Assembly (NCBI GenBank): GCA_963749495.1 | Contig: CAVVMW010000005.1 | Location: 384,001 to 448,000, forward strand | DNA: 64,000 nucleotides | Origin: an uncultured bacterium | GTDB taxonomy: Bacteria > Verrucomicrobiota > Verrucomicrobiia > Limisphaerales > UBA8199 | Direction: 5' to 3' | In this document: positions 50,209-60,270 of the stretch, in pieces | Layout of the letters: every line of letters begins with the position of its first letter | How positions within the stretch are numbered: position 1 is the stretch's first letter | Made by a program: the position numbers and the translations under genes | The notes under the pieces: model-generated | What the model was told of the DNA's origin: nothing | What the model saw: only the letters and a program-made list of their open reading frames with translations | Database searches by the model: none

Positions 50209-51417
50209 TTAACGGGAAACCAGCCTGTAGAAGACGGCGGCCGCGGGGGCGGAGAGCGTGACTTCGTTCCGCAGGTTGCTGTGGTTTAATGCTGGCGCGT
50301 TGGTCACATCGCTCCAGCCTTGGGCAAGCACATCAGGGGTCTGTTGAAGCACGAATGGCAGGGAGGGGACAGTCCACGACAGCACCAAATTGCCCCCCGA
50401 GCGCGCAGCGTGGAGAATGGGCTGCGGCGTGGAGCGCCACCGGTAAATGCCCCCGCCGTTCATCACGGCCACCACGTTCGCCCCGTCCGCCGAGCAGGCC
50501 ACCGCGCTCCAGCATCCATCGGGCACTTTCATGCGGGCCCATGTCGCCCCGGAGTCAGGCGAGACGAGAGCCCTGTCGTCGCATCCGACCGCCACGATCT
50601 TCCTCCCGTCGGCAGAGCAGGCGACGCCCCCCCACCAGCTTGGCCAGACATTGGTGAAGGCCCAGCTCACGCCGGAGTCATGCGAATAATAGACTGCCCA
50701 GAAGTCCTGGGCGGCAACAAACGTCTCCCCCTGCGCCGAGCAGCTGACGCAGCGGTAAAACCTGAGCACGTCGGGCTGGAGACTAGCGGCCACCCAATCC
50801 AGGCCCGAACTCGTTGACTGAAACACCGTCGAACTCAGGGATGCAAGCCACTTGGTGCCATCGGCTGATATGGACAGAGAGCGGCTCCACACGTCAGTGG
50901 AGTTCGTCAGTACGGCCGTTGTCCATGTGGCTCCGGCGTCGGCTGACCGACAAACCGCGTTTCCACCCGGGACTGCGCCCAAGGTGCTGCCATCGGCCGA
51001 GGAGGCGACCGCCATCCATTGGTACGCAACGCCGCTCGGGCCGGTGGGTACCCAAGTGACACCCGAATTCGTCGAAATGTAAAGGACCCCGCTGTAATAA
51101 ACGGACCCACTGTTTGAGACAGCGCCCGCGGCGAGGAGCTGTCTTCCGTCCGCTGTCGAGGCGACAGAGGCGATCTGAGCCGCGATCGGGGCGGGCGTAG
51201 CCTGCCAGCTCGCGCCGGAGTCGGTGGAAAGGTAGATAAGGCCGCTTTGAGTCGCCGCGACGAGTTTGCTGCCGTCGGCGGAGGAAGCGACGCAGCTCCA
51301 GTCGGCGGCCGGGGCGCCGGTAAGCACCCATCCCTGGGCCCGCGCGCGGGGCGTGAGCGCGCAGTAGAGGCACACGAGGCCCGGCAAAGCCATCGCTATA
51401 CAGGGAAATTTGCGCAT
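50209..51417 (-). CDS. Secreted BNR/Asp-box beta-propeller protein with C-terminal FYR domain
   Basis: Signal peptide; repeats W..VASSADG..L / S.DSG.TW; ends VFYRLVSR. Confidence 0.85.
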   Translation of the reverse strand: MRKFPCIAMALPGLVCLYCALTPRARAQGWVLTGAPAADWSCVASSADGSKLVAATQSGLIYLSTDSGASWQATPAPIAAQIASVASTADGRQLLAAGAVSNSGSVYYSGVLYISTNSGVTWVPTGPSGVAYQWMAVASSADGSTLGAVPGGNAVCRSADAGATWTTAVLTNSTDVWSRSLSISADGTKWLASLSSTVFQSTSSGLDWVAASLQPDVLRFYRCVSCSAQGETFVAAQDFWAVYYSHDSGVSWAFTNVWPSWWGGVACSADGRKIVAVGCDDRALVSPDSGATWARMKVPDGCWSAVACSADGANVVAVMNGGGIYRWRSTPQPILHAARSGGNLVLSWTVPSLPFVLQQTPDVLAQGWSDVTNAPALNHSNLRNEVTLSAPAAAVFYRLVSR

Positions 51418-51575
51418 AGGCCCTTCATTACATGGTGATCCAACGTGACACAATCAACATACGCATTTTATGGCGGCCGTAACGCCAAGTCAAGAAATAT
51501 GGAAAGATCAGATTACAAAACAAAAGATTGACGAGCATTAGCATATTGTGCATAATCCCAATCGCTGGCGTCTTA

Positions 51576-52663
51576 CTACTCAGTCATTGACATAGACTAC
51601 ACTTTTGGCATTAAAAAAAGAACGGAGTAGCTTCCGGTCTTTCTTCAGCTTGGCTAGATCCGCTGCCACTCGCTCCTTGAGCGACTCATTCTGGCGGAGC
51701 GGCTTCCTGGCCACTCCGTTGCCTTTCAAGTAGTTCCACACAAACTCATCGGGATTGAGATCCGGCGCATAGGGAGGCAGAAAATGTAGCTCAAGCCGGC
51801 CTTTGGTGCTGCGAACATACTCCTTGACCGAGTTGGCTATGTGTGCCGGATGGCTATCCAGCACCAGGAATACCTTGTTCCGCTGGCCCCGCATGAGGTC
51901 TTGCAGAAACACGATGAAGTCCCCTTGCTTCAGCGTGTGAGTATAGATTTGGCACCAGAAGGCCCCTTGCATACTCACTGCGCTAATGACATTTACCTTT
52001 TGACGCTGGCCGCTAGTCTTGACTACCGCTTTGTCGCCCTTCAATCCATAGGTCCGCCGTAGATTCGGTTCTGAACTGAATCCCGTCTCGTCCAGAAAGT
52101 AGATCTTCGCCCCGTGTTTACGGGCTCTTTTCTTGAGTTTCGGGAATTCCTCCTTCGTCCACAGCTCGATCCGCACCGGGTCCCGTTCATAAGCGCGCCG
52201 CAAGGGCTTCTGCGGTGTCAAATCTAATTGCGCCAACAACTTACCCACTGAGGTGAGGCATAGTTCGACTTGGAATTTCTTCTGAATCATCGTTTGTACG
52301 ATGCGGCGGGTCCACAGACCAAAATCAAAGCCATACTGACGGGGGTCCTTGCCGACAATCCACCGCTTGACCCTCTGGCGTTGCTTTTCGCTGAGCTTCG
52401 GAGCGGGACCCTCGGCAATCTTCTCGACCAAGGCTTCCAGCCCTTCGTCTTCCACACGTCGGAGCCACGGATAAATGCTGGTGCGGCAAAAGCCCAGGGA
52501 AGCCGCTACCGCGGAAGGTAACTCGCCATCCTCCAGCACCCGCTTGCAGGCGCTTATTCGCAGATGCTCAAGGGTTTTGTGGTCTAGTGTCCGGCCATCA
52601 ATCTTCATCGCGCCGGAAGCATAGCACGCTCAAATAGAGTAGTCAATCCCAATGACTGAGTAG
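51576..52663. mobile_element. IS630-family insertion sequence
   Basis: TIR CTACTCAGTCATTGACATAGACTAC versus CTACTCAGTCATTGGGATTGACTAC (22/25); TA on both flanks (51574-51575 and 52664-52665). Confidence 0.92.
51580..52608 (-). CDS. IS630 transposase, intact
   Basis: HTH, LWT, YFLDETG, LVLDSHPAH, LPPYAPDLNPDEFVW (DDE). Confidence 0.95.
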   Translation of the reverse strand: MKIDGRTLDHKTLEHLRISACKRVLEDGELPSAVAASLGFCRTSIYPWLRRVEDEGLEALVEKIAEGPAPKLSEKQRQRVKRWIVGKDPRQYGFDFGLWTRRIVQTMIQKKFQVELCLTSVGKLLAQLDLTPQKPLRRAYERDPVRIELWTKEEFPKLKKRARKHGAKIYFLDETGFSSEPNLRRTYGLKGDKAVVKTSGQRQKVNVISAVSMQGAFWCQIYTHTLKQGDFIVFLQDLMRGQRNKVFLVLDSHPAHIANSVKEYVRSTKGRLELHFLPPYAPDLNPDEFVWNYLKGNGVARKPLRQNESLKERVAADLAKLKKDRKLLRSFFNAKSVVYVND

Positions 52664-52901
52664 TAGGGCCTCGACTCTCGTGCTGACGCTTGCCCTTTAG
52701 GCAGGCGCACCCAGGGCGGCTGTGGCTGCGACATGGCCACTTTGGCAGCACCCGATCCGGGTCCAAGTCGCCGCGTGCTGGGGCGCGGGCCCGGCGCCCG
52801 GTTCACTTTGGGGCGGATCCAGCCTTGGACCATGCCCCCCAGGAAACGCTTCGGGACGCCCTCAGGCTCGGAACCTGACAAGAACAGACATCGGAGAATA
52901 T

Positions 52902-55294
52902 ATGAGAACCCCATTCCCAAACAGAACAGCCGCAAGATCACACGCCCCGCGGCCCTTTGCCCGTGCGGGCACGGTTACGGTCTTCGCCGCCCTATCCGCC
53001 GCCTGCCTGGGAGCGCCCACGGCGCAAGCGGCCCACCAGGTCGTGCCAGGTCACGTCCCGCCCTCCCTCGCCGGCGTCCAGGCAACTGGCCACCTATCAC
53101 CCACACAAGAGATGCACGTTATCGTCAGCCTCCCGTTGCGCAACCCGGATGTTCTTGCCGTCCTCCTTAGCCGTATCTACGACCCCGCAGACAGGGCCTA
53201 CCGGAGGTACTTGACGTTCCGAGGAGTTCACGGACCAATTTGGCCCCACCGAGGAGGACTACGAGGCAGTGGCGTCCTTTGCCCAGGCGAACGGTCTGAC
53301 CGTCGGCTACAGGGAGCCCGGCCGCAAGCTGATCGGTATGGATGGAACCGCAGGTGCGGTCGAGGCCGCGTTCCATGTCGCGATGCTCACATACCAACAC
53401 CCGACTGAAGCGCGGACTTGCTTCGCCCCGGACAGCGAGCCATGGGTTGACCTCGACACCCCGATACTCCGCATCAGCGGGCTGGACAATCTGTGCCTCC
53501 CGCCTCCCCCGGTCACAATGTGCGACGGCACGGACCAGGGGCAATACATTGGCATGGACTTCAGGAATGCCTACCTGCCCGGGGTTCAGTTGACGGGCGC
53601 GGGCCAAGTGCTCGCCATAATCTCGGCCTATGGTCCCCATAACATTGAGTCCATCCAAGCCTACGAGGACCTGGCTGTCACCTACTTCCCAGGGCAGTAT
53701 CCGCTCGACGCCAACGGTCACTGGAGGGTGCCAACACTCAGGGCCTTCATGTTCGGATCCTACGACTCGGCCCAGGCTCCGTCGAGCCCAACCTCGACGT
53801 AGAGATGGCCATCGCCATGGCACCAGGTCTCTGGGGGGTCACCAACTACGTCGTGCGGTGGACCACGGACTATCCCGCCGACTACCTCTATGGCCTCAAC
53901 CAGGCGGCGAGCGACAACGTGGCGAAGCAGATCAGTGCCTCAGCGATGTTTCCAAACGACGCCGCAGCGAACCAGATCTACGTTCAGTATCAAGCCCAGG
54001 GCCAGTCCATGTTCTTAGCCTCGGGCGACGCTGGGTACTGCCCGAGCAGCGCGTGCAATTATCCGACAGCGGACGATCCGAACGTGACAATAGTGGGCGG
54101 CACCGCGCTCACAACCGCTGCAGGTGCGTCGTGGCAGTCGGAGAGCGTCTGGAATGCGGGTGGCCGTTCTAGCGGGGGCGGGATCGATTGGCATAACGAT
54201 GCTATACCGTACTGGCAGCAGGGCATCAGCATGTCGCTGAACCAGGGATCGACAACCCTGCGGAACTCACCGGACGTCGCGCTCGTGGCCGAGAACATAG
54301 TGGCGGTTACTGATATTCCTGGCTATGCACCAAAACAGTGGGCGGCATCTGGCACCAGCGCATCGTGCCCCTTGTGGGCAGGCGTTGCGGCACTTATCAA
54401 CCAACAGGCACAAGCGAACGGAAATCCACCGGTCGGGTTCCTTAACCCGGCGCTCTATGCCATAGGCAAGGGACCATCGCAGACCTATCTGTCCTGCTTC
54501 CACGACATCACCAGCGGTAATAACGGCACCTACTCGGCCGTTGCGGGCTATGATCTCTGCACCGGGTGGGGGACGCCGAACGGCTTTCCGCTGATCCGGC
54601 CCTGGCCGGTCCACTCTCGACAATTATTGGCTGGTGGAAAGGTCAGAACAACACAAGTGATTTCATGTGCACCATCGGAAACGGATGTTGCGACGCAGGA
54701 GTCGCTGAGGGGGGGCTGGCGTACGCTGCTGGAGAAGTGGGCAAGGCGTTCAGCTTCAACGGTACGGATGCAGACGTCAAAGTCCCAACCTCCTCTACGC
54801 TAAACCTGGGGGCGGCGGCCGGCCTCACGATTGAACTGTGGGTCAACCCGGCGAACGCTTCGGCCCACGAGCCACTCGTCGAGTGGAACGACGGGTCGAG
54901 CCCTGGCCTGCAATTGTGGCTCTCTGGCAGCGGTGGGTCCGGGTCCCTCTGCGCCAACGTCGTGGACGCAAACGGCGGCTCGCACCCGATTGCCAGCAAT
55001 GCTGGGGCAGTCGCTTCAGCGACATGGCAACATGTGGCCCTGACTTATGACAAAACGAGCGGTTCGGCGTACCTCTACTGCAACGGGGCCGTGGCCGCCT
55101 CAGCGAATCTCGGGGCGAACATCTGCGCCAAGACCTCGGCGAATCTTTACTTCGGCTACCGCCGGAGCAGTGGGAATAGGTTCACCGGCATGATGGACGA
55201 GATCAGCCTCTACAACAGCGCGCTCTCGCAGACGGCGATCCAGGGGATCTACATGTGCGGCAGCGCGGGGAAGGTCCCGCAGATTCCGCAATAA
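52902..55294 (+). CDS. S53 sedolisin/kumamolisin-like peptidase with pro-domain and C-terminal LamG domain; frameshifts near 53220, 53790 and 54600
   Basis: Signal peptide, SLPLRN...IYDP...Y..YLT, VEPNLDVEMAIAMAPG (E-x3-D), ASGDAG, SGTSAS, GYDLCTGWGTP; LamG WQHVALTYD...FTGMMDEISLYN. Confidence 0.85.
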
Positions 55295-55335
55295 CGAGAG
55301 GTCGTCCGGGGAGAGTGTGAGTCCGAGAAGGGGGG

Positions 55336-56418
55336 TCATGAACCCCTCCCGAGGACACGCTCTATTTCGTTCTGGTTGGTGAGGCCGGATTGGACGAGGC
55401 GAAGGGCGGACTGGGCCAGCGAGGGGGTGGCGGCCAGGCGGTCCAACTGGCCGGCGGCAAGGCAGCGGCGCAACCCGTCGTTCCAGCGCAGCCATTCGAC
55501 CAGCGGCAGGCGGCCCCGGTAGCCCGTGTTCAGGCAGTTGGGGCAGCCCTGGCCGGAGCAGGCGGAACAGAGGCGCCGGACCAGGCGCTGGTTGAGGACC
55601 AGTTCGAGGGACGAGGCGACCGCCGAATGATCGGGGCACAAGACCAGGAGCCGCTCGAATACGCCACGGCATGAGCCGGCGTGGAGGGTCGAGATCACCA
55701 GGTGCCCGGTCAGGGCGGCGCGCACGGCCAGGTTGGCCGTTTCGTCGTCGCGGATTTCGCCAATCACCAGGACCTGCGGGTCCTGGCGCAGCAGGTGCCG
55801 GGCGGCCTTGGCGAAATCGAGGCCGCGCGCTTCGTTGACCTCGGTTTGCATGATGCCGGGGAGGATCTGCTCGGCGGGGTCTTCGACGGTGATGACGTGG
55901 CGTCCGCCGCTTTGGGCCAGGTGGCGCAGGCAGGCATAGATGGTGGTGGTCTTGCCGCTGCCGGCCGGGCCGGTCAGCAGGAGCAGCCCGGCGGTTTGGG
56001 CCAGGAACCGCTCCAATGCGCTGCGCGCGGCCTCGGGCAATTCCAGCTCGGAGAGGGTCTTGACCGTTGCGCCATGGAAGAGGCGAAGCACAATCTTCTC
56101 CCCGGTCACCGTCGGATAGGTGGCGACCCGGATGTCGCTCCGAGCGTTCAAAGCGGCTTTATCGATGCGACCGTCCTGGGGCAGCGACTCCTGATAGGTC
56201 TTGAGCCGGGCCAGGAACTTGATCCGGCCAAAGACCCGCTCGGCCAGTTCTGCCGGCAGGGCCCCGGCCGGGGCCATTACTCCGTCGAGGCGAAAGGCGA
56301 CCGTTGCGGGCCCATTCTGTATGTGCAGATGGATGTCGCTGGCCTGCGCGCGCTCGGCCTGCTGGACCAGGCGCTCGAGGGTCGCGGGGGCGCTGTCTAG
56401 GGCATCATTCGATTGCAT
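55336..56418 (-). CDS. GspE/PilB/ComGA-type secretion ATPase, core domain only
   Basis: ASDIH, PQDGR, GPAGSGKTTT, TVEDP, LRQDPQVLVIGEIRD, TGHLVISTLH, CxxC...CxxC..GYRGR. Confidence 0.92.
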   Translation of the reverse strand: MQSNDALDSAPATLERLVQQAERAQASDIHLHIQNGPATVAFRLDGVMAPAGALPAELAERVFGRIKFLARLKTYQESLPQDGRIDKAALNARSDIRVATYPTVTGEKIVLRLFHGATVKTLSELELPEAARSALERFLAQTAGLLLLTGPAGSGKTTTIYACLRHLAQSGGRHVITVEDPAEQILPGIMQTEVNEARGLDFAKAARHLLRQDPQVLVIGEIRDDETANLAVRAALTGHLVISTLHAGSCRGVFERLLVLCPDHSAVASSLELVLNQRLVRRLCSACSGQGCPNCLNTGYRGRLPLVEWLRWNDGLRRCLAAGQLDRLAATPSLAQSALRLVQSGLTNQNEIERVLGRGS

Positions 56419-56433
56419 GGGAGCGAAGGTAGC

Positions 56434-56645
56434 GAATGACGAATGACGAATGACGAATGAGGAATGACGAATGACGAATGACGAATGACGAATGACGAAA
56501 CGGCGAAGCTCCCAGGCGAGTGAAATGTGGTGTTTGCGCCATACGCGCAGAATAGAGAAACTCCGCCGAAAGCCAAGCCGAACCGAATTGGTCCGCGCAG
56601 GGCATTTTCTTCAATTCGTCATTCGTCATTCGTCATTCGTCATTT
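56434..56645. repeat. Inverted heptamer arrays (GAATGAC)x9 ... (ATTCGTC)x4 around a spacer of about 115 bp
   Basis: Read directly from the sequence. Confidence 0.92.
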
Positions 56646-56652
56646 CGAAGGC

Positions 56653-57228
56653 TCACCCCAGCACCCGATCCCGCTCGGCTCCGGTTAACTCACGCCACTG
56701 CCCGGGCGCCAAGGCGCCCAGGGTGAGGCGGCCGATGCGGATGCGGATCAGGCGGAGCGTCGGGTGGCCGATGGCGGCGGTCATGCGGCGGACCTGCCGG
56801 TTTTTGCCCTCGACCAACTCGAGGCCGAGCCAGCAGGTGGGCACGGACTTGCGAAAGCGGATGGGCGGGGTGCGCGGCGGCAACTCCGGTTGCGGCTGGA
56901 GCACCCAGGCGCGGCAGGGCAAGGTCCGCCGGCCCTGCACGACCAGACCTTGCCGGAGGCGCTCCAACGCGCGCGGGGCGGGGATGCGCTCGACCTGGGC
57001 CCAGTATTCGCGTGAGTGGGCATGGCGCGGGTGGAGCAACCGCTCGTTGAGTCCGCCCTCATCGCTGAGCAGGAGCAAACCTTCCGAGCCGGCATCGAGC
57101 CGGCCGATGGGATAGACCCGCTTGGGGAACCCGAATTGGGCCAGCGTGGGGCAGGCCGAACCGTCAGGGGCGAATTGCGAGGCGACGCCGTATGGTTTGT
57201 TGAACGCGATCAACACCGCCAAGAGCAT
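56653..57228 (-). CDS. rluE: Pseudouridine synthase, RluE-like (RsuA family, no S4 domain)
   Basis: FNKPYGV..QF, GRLDAGSEGLLLL, YWAQVE, PPIRFRK, EGKNRQVRRMTAAIGHPTLRLIR. Confidence 0.85.
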   Translation of the reverse strand: MLLAVLIAFNKPYGVASQFAPDGSACPTLAQFGFPKRVYPIGRLDAGSEGLLLLSDEGGLNERLLHPRHAHSREYWAQVERIPAPRALERLRQGLVVQGRRTLPCRAWVLQPQPELPPRTPPIRFRKSVPTCWLGLELVEGKNRQVRRMTAAIGHPTLRLIRIRIGRLTLGALAPGQWRELTGAERDRVLG

Positions 57229-57248
57229 AGGACGCGCAGAGACGAGTG

Positions 57249-57425
57249 TCGAGGGACGAGGGACGAGGGACGGGGGCGGGGGACGTGAAACGTGAAACGT
57301 GAAACGCCGCCGCTGGTCCCCTGACATCGGCTATCGGCCACCGGCTATCGGCTATCCACGCTTCAACCTCGCCCCTCGGCCCACGTCTCACGTTTCGTTT
57401 CACGCTTCACGTTTCACGTTTCACG
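57249..57425. repeat. Heptamer mosaic (GAGGGAC)n, (GTGAAAC)n, (ATCGGCT)n, (TTTCACG)n in a divergent intergenic region
   Basis: Read directly; the GTGAAAC and GTTTCAC arrays are mutually inverted. Confidence 0.85.
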
Positions 57426-57551
57426 CGCCTCATCCCTCGACCCTCGGTTTTCCGCGTGACGCATTGGATTCAGCGCTGTCCAATTTCCATAGACAAGTCA
57501 TGAAACTGAGACTGAGTTAGTGAGACCTGAGATTATTGGTGTGCCACGGCC

Positions 57552-58535
57552 ATGAACTACGACGAATTCGCTTTTTTTAACCAGCAGCTTGCGGCGATGC
57601 TGCGGGAGGGCATTCCGCTGGAGGGCGCGCTCAGGCAATTGTCGGCGGGGATGCGGGGCGGCCCGTTGCGCGCGGAGGTGCAAAAGCTGGAGGAGGACCT
57701 GGCGCGAGGCACGCCGCTCAAGGACGCCCTGGGGAGGCGTTCGCTGCCCGGGTTCTACGTGCGGATGGTCGAGGCGGGCGCCCGGAGCAATGACCTGCCG
57801 GGCATGCTCACCTTGCTGGCGGACCATTACCACCGGGCCAATGCACTCTGGGCTCGTCTCAAGGGCCTGCTGGTCTATCCGGTGATAGTGATCCTGCTGT
57901 CGCTGGGCCTGACCGCCGTACTCTCGGTGCTATTCGCCCGGTTCATGGGCGAGTTTTTCAACAACCTGGGCGCGTTGCGGCCCGGCGGCGCGGCTGCGGT
58001 GGTGGCGGCGGTGTTCATGCCGCCCATCCTGCTGGCCCTGGCAGGGGCGGCAGTGATTGCCGCGCTCTCGGTCCCGAAATGGCGCGCGCGGTTGCGCTGG
58101 CGGCTGCCCGCCTTCCGCGAGGCGAGCCTCTCGCAACTGGCCTCGGCCATCGCCCTGGCCCTGCGCAACGGCACGCCCCTGCCCGAGGCGCTCGCGCTGG
58201 CCGCGACCCTCGAGGCCGATACTCCCGCCGAGACGGTCCTCGCCCGATGGCGCTCCCTGGTCGAGGCCGGCCAGGGCAAGCCCTCCCAATGGCCGGCCCG
58301 GCGCCCCTTCCCGCCCCTGTTCCTGTGGCTGGTGCAGCAAGGTGACGAGGACATCGCCGCCGGATTCCAAAAGGCGGCCGACCTCTACCGCGCCCGCGCT
58401 GCCTACCGGGCGGAACTGGCCCTCTACGGCGCCCTGCCCGTTTCGGTCCTGCTCCTGGGCCTGATGGTCTTCTGGCAGGCGGTGCCCCTGCTCCAGTCCT
58501 TTGTCTGGCTCATGAACACGCTGGGAAGCTACTGA
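57552..58535 (+). CDS. Type II secretion F / PilC-family platform protein 1
   Basis: FNQQLAAMLREGIPLEGAL, MVEAGARSNDL, LLVYP, two F domains. Confidence 0.85.
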   Translation: MNYDEFAFFNQQLAAMLREGIPLEGALRQLSAGMRGGPLRAEVQKLEEDLARGTPLKDALGRRSLPGFYVRMVEAGARSNDLPGMLTLLADHYHRANALWARLKGLLVYPVIVILLSLGLTAVLSVLFARFMGEFFNNLGALRPGGAAAVVAAVFMPPILLALAGAAVIAALSVPKWRARLRWRLPAFREASLSQLASAIALALRNGTPLPEALALAATLEADTPAETVLARWRSLVEAGQGKPSQWPARRPFPPLFLWLVQQGDEDIAAGFQKAADLYRARAAYRAELALYGALPVSVLLLGLMVFWQAVPLLQSFVWLMNTLGSY

Positions 58536-58540
58536 CAACC

Positions 58541-59737
58541 ATGAGTGAGAGTCTGGCCCAATTCTTCGGTTCCGACCCGCTTTCGACGGTCCTGAGCGCG
58601 GCGCTGTTCTTTGTCCTTTACGTCATGCTGGGCTTGGCGCCGATTTGTGCGGTGCTCTACCTGGTTTATTTTCTGCTCACGCTGCCGTTGCGTCGGAACG
58701 AGCGGGCGCGGGTGTTTGTTGACCTGCTGGAGGTGGGCCTCAAGCAGGGACGCACCCCGGAGGCGGCCATCCTCGGGGCTGCCTCCAGCCGCGACCCGGC
58801 CCTGGGGGCGCGCTTCCACCTCCTGAGCGCGTATCTGGAGCAGGGGGTGCGGCTTAGCGCCGCGCTCCAGCGCGTGCCGCGCCTGCTCCCCCGCCAACTG
58901 GGCGCCATGCTCCAAACCGGCGAGCGCATCGGCGACCTCACCAAGGTCCTGCCCGCCTGCCGCCGGTTCCTCGAAGACGGCGTCTCGCGCGTCCGGGGCG
59001 CCCTCAACTATGTCCTCGTGATCGCCTTTGCCATCACGCCGTTCTTCATCCTTCTGCCGGTTTTCTTCCAGAACACGATCCTCCCGAAATTCAAGGAGGT
59101 CTTTGCCGGTCTGGCCGAGGGCGAGCAACTGCCAGCCTTCAGCCGGTTGGTCTTGGGCAACAGCGCCTGGGTAACGACGTTTCAGGCGGGGTTGATCTGC
59201 CTGCTGTGGCTGGCGGGGCTGATTTATGTGGCGGGGCCGCGCGCAGGCGGCTGGGTTGGCCGTCTGGCCCCGGGCCTGCCGGACTGGGTGGTGTGCCGCC
59301 TGCCCTGGCGGAGAAAGCGCTTGCAACGGGATTTCTCGGCCATGCTAGCGGTGCTGCTCGACGCCGAAGTGCCCGAGCCCGAGGCTGTGACCCTGGCCGC
59401 GGAGGCCACCGCCAACCGCGTGATGAAGCGGCGCGCGGCAACGGTGTGCCGCCTGTTGAACCAGGGCACCAGGCTCCCCGAGGCCGTCCGGGCCATGGAC
59501 GACACCGGGGAACTGCACTGGCGGCTCTCCAACGCCCTGCACCACCGGGGCGGTTTCGTGCGCGCCCTCGCCGGCTGGCACGATGCCCTGGAGGCCAAGG
59601 CCTTCCAGTTGGAGCAAAGCGCCGCCCAGGTTGCCACCACCCTCCTGGTCCTGCTCAACGGCGCCATCGTCGCCTCCATTGTCATTGCCGTCTTTCTGGT
59701 CATCATCCACCTCATCAACACCGCCAACTTATGGTAG
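58541..59737 (+). CDS. Type II secretion F / PilC-family platform protein 2, with N-terminal TM extension
   Basis: AMLQTGERIGDL, ILPKFKEVFAGL...LP, DFSAMLAVLLDAEVP. Confidence 0.8.
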   Translation: MSESLAQFFGSDPLSTVLSAALFFVLYVMLGLAPICAVLYLVYFLLTLPLRRNERARVFVDLLEVGLKQGRTPEAAILGAASSRDPALGARFHLLSAYLEQGVRLSAALQRVPRLLPRQLGAMLQTGERIGDLTKVLPACRRFLEDGVSRVRGALNYVLVIAFAITPFFILLPVFFQNTILPKFKEVFAGLAEGEQLPAFSRLVLGNSAWVTTFQAGLICLLWLAGLIYVAGPRAGGWVGRLAPGLPDWVVCRLPWRRKRLQRDFSAMLAVLLDAEVPEPEAVTLAAEATANRVMKRRAATVCRLLNQGTRLPEAVRAMDDTGELHWRLSNALHHRGGFVRALAGWHDALEAKAFQLEQSAAQVATTLLVLLNGAIVASIVIAVFLVIIHLINTANLW

Positions 59738-59888
59738 AGCCTGTCCCCAAAGCTCCGATTTCGAGCCTTTGTCGCAACCTTTGTCGCAACCTTTGTCGTC
59801 AACTTTGGCGACAAGTGGCCAATCCGACAAAGGCTTCGACAAAGGTTCCGACAAAGGTCTCAGAATTCGCCGTTTCCGGGACAGGCTC
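59737..59888. mobile_element. MITE, 152 bp (family Z with intact ends)
   Basis: TIR GAGCCTGTCCC...GGGACAGGCTC; TATGGTA repeated at 59730-59736 and 59889-59895. Confidence 0.85.
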
Positions 59889-59889
59889 T

Positions 59890-60270
59890 ATGGTAATTCA
59901 AATCCCCGGCCCATCCGCCCGCCAGCGCGGCGCGCTCTTGATCGAACTCCTGGTGGCCATGGGCCTGCTGACGGGCGCCCTGCTGCCTTTGGCCTACTCG
60001 ATTTCATCGGAACGGCGTCTGGCCCGCGCCTGCTACCAGCGCGCGGTCGCTATGGAGATCGTGGACGGCGAGGCCGAGGCCCTGGCCGCAGGCGAATGGC
60101 GCGCCTTTTCCCCCGGCAGCCAGGAATATCATCCCCGCGCCGGCGCCGCCGTTAACCTGCCCCCGGGCAAATTCCTGCTCACCATCCAAGACAGAAAGCT
60201 GCGCCTGGAATGGACTCCGTCGGTCAAGCGCCACGGCGGCCCCGTGGCTCGGGAGGCGAGCGTGGAGTGA
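59890..60270 (+). CDS. Prepilin-like protein (GspI/PilV-like)
   Basis: Class III signal RQRG|ALLIELLVAMGLL with E+5. Confidence 0.78.
   Translation: MVIQIPGPSARQRGALLIELLVAMGLLTGALLPLAYSISSERRLARACYQRAVAMEIVDGEAEALAAGEWRAFSPGSQEYHPRAGAAVNLPPGKFLLTIQDRKLRLEWTPSVKRHGGPVAREASVE

Noticed and set aside
3589..55294. About 13 frameshifts interpreted as pseudogenes or phase variation
   Set aside because: They are scattered over unrelated genes whose halves are otherwise conserved and are not at long simple repeats. Long-read indel error is more parsimonious; needs a read check.
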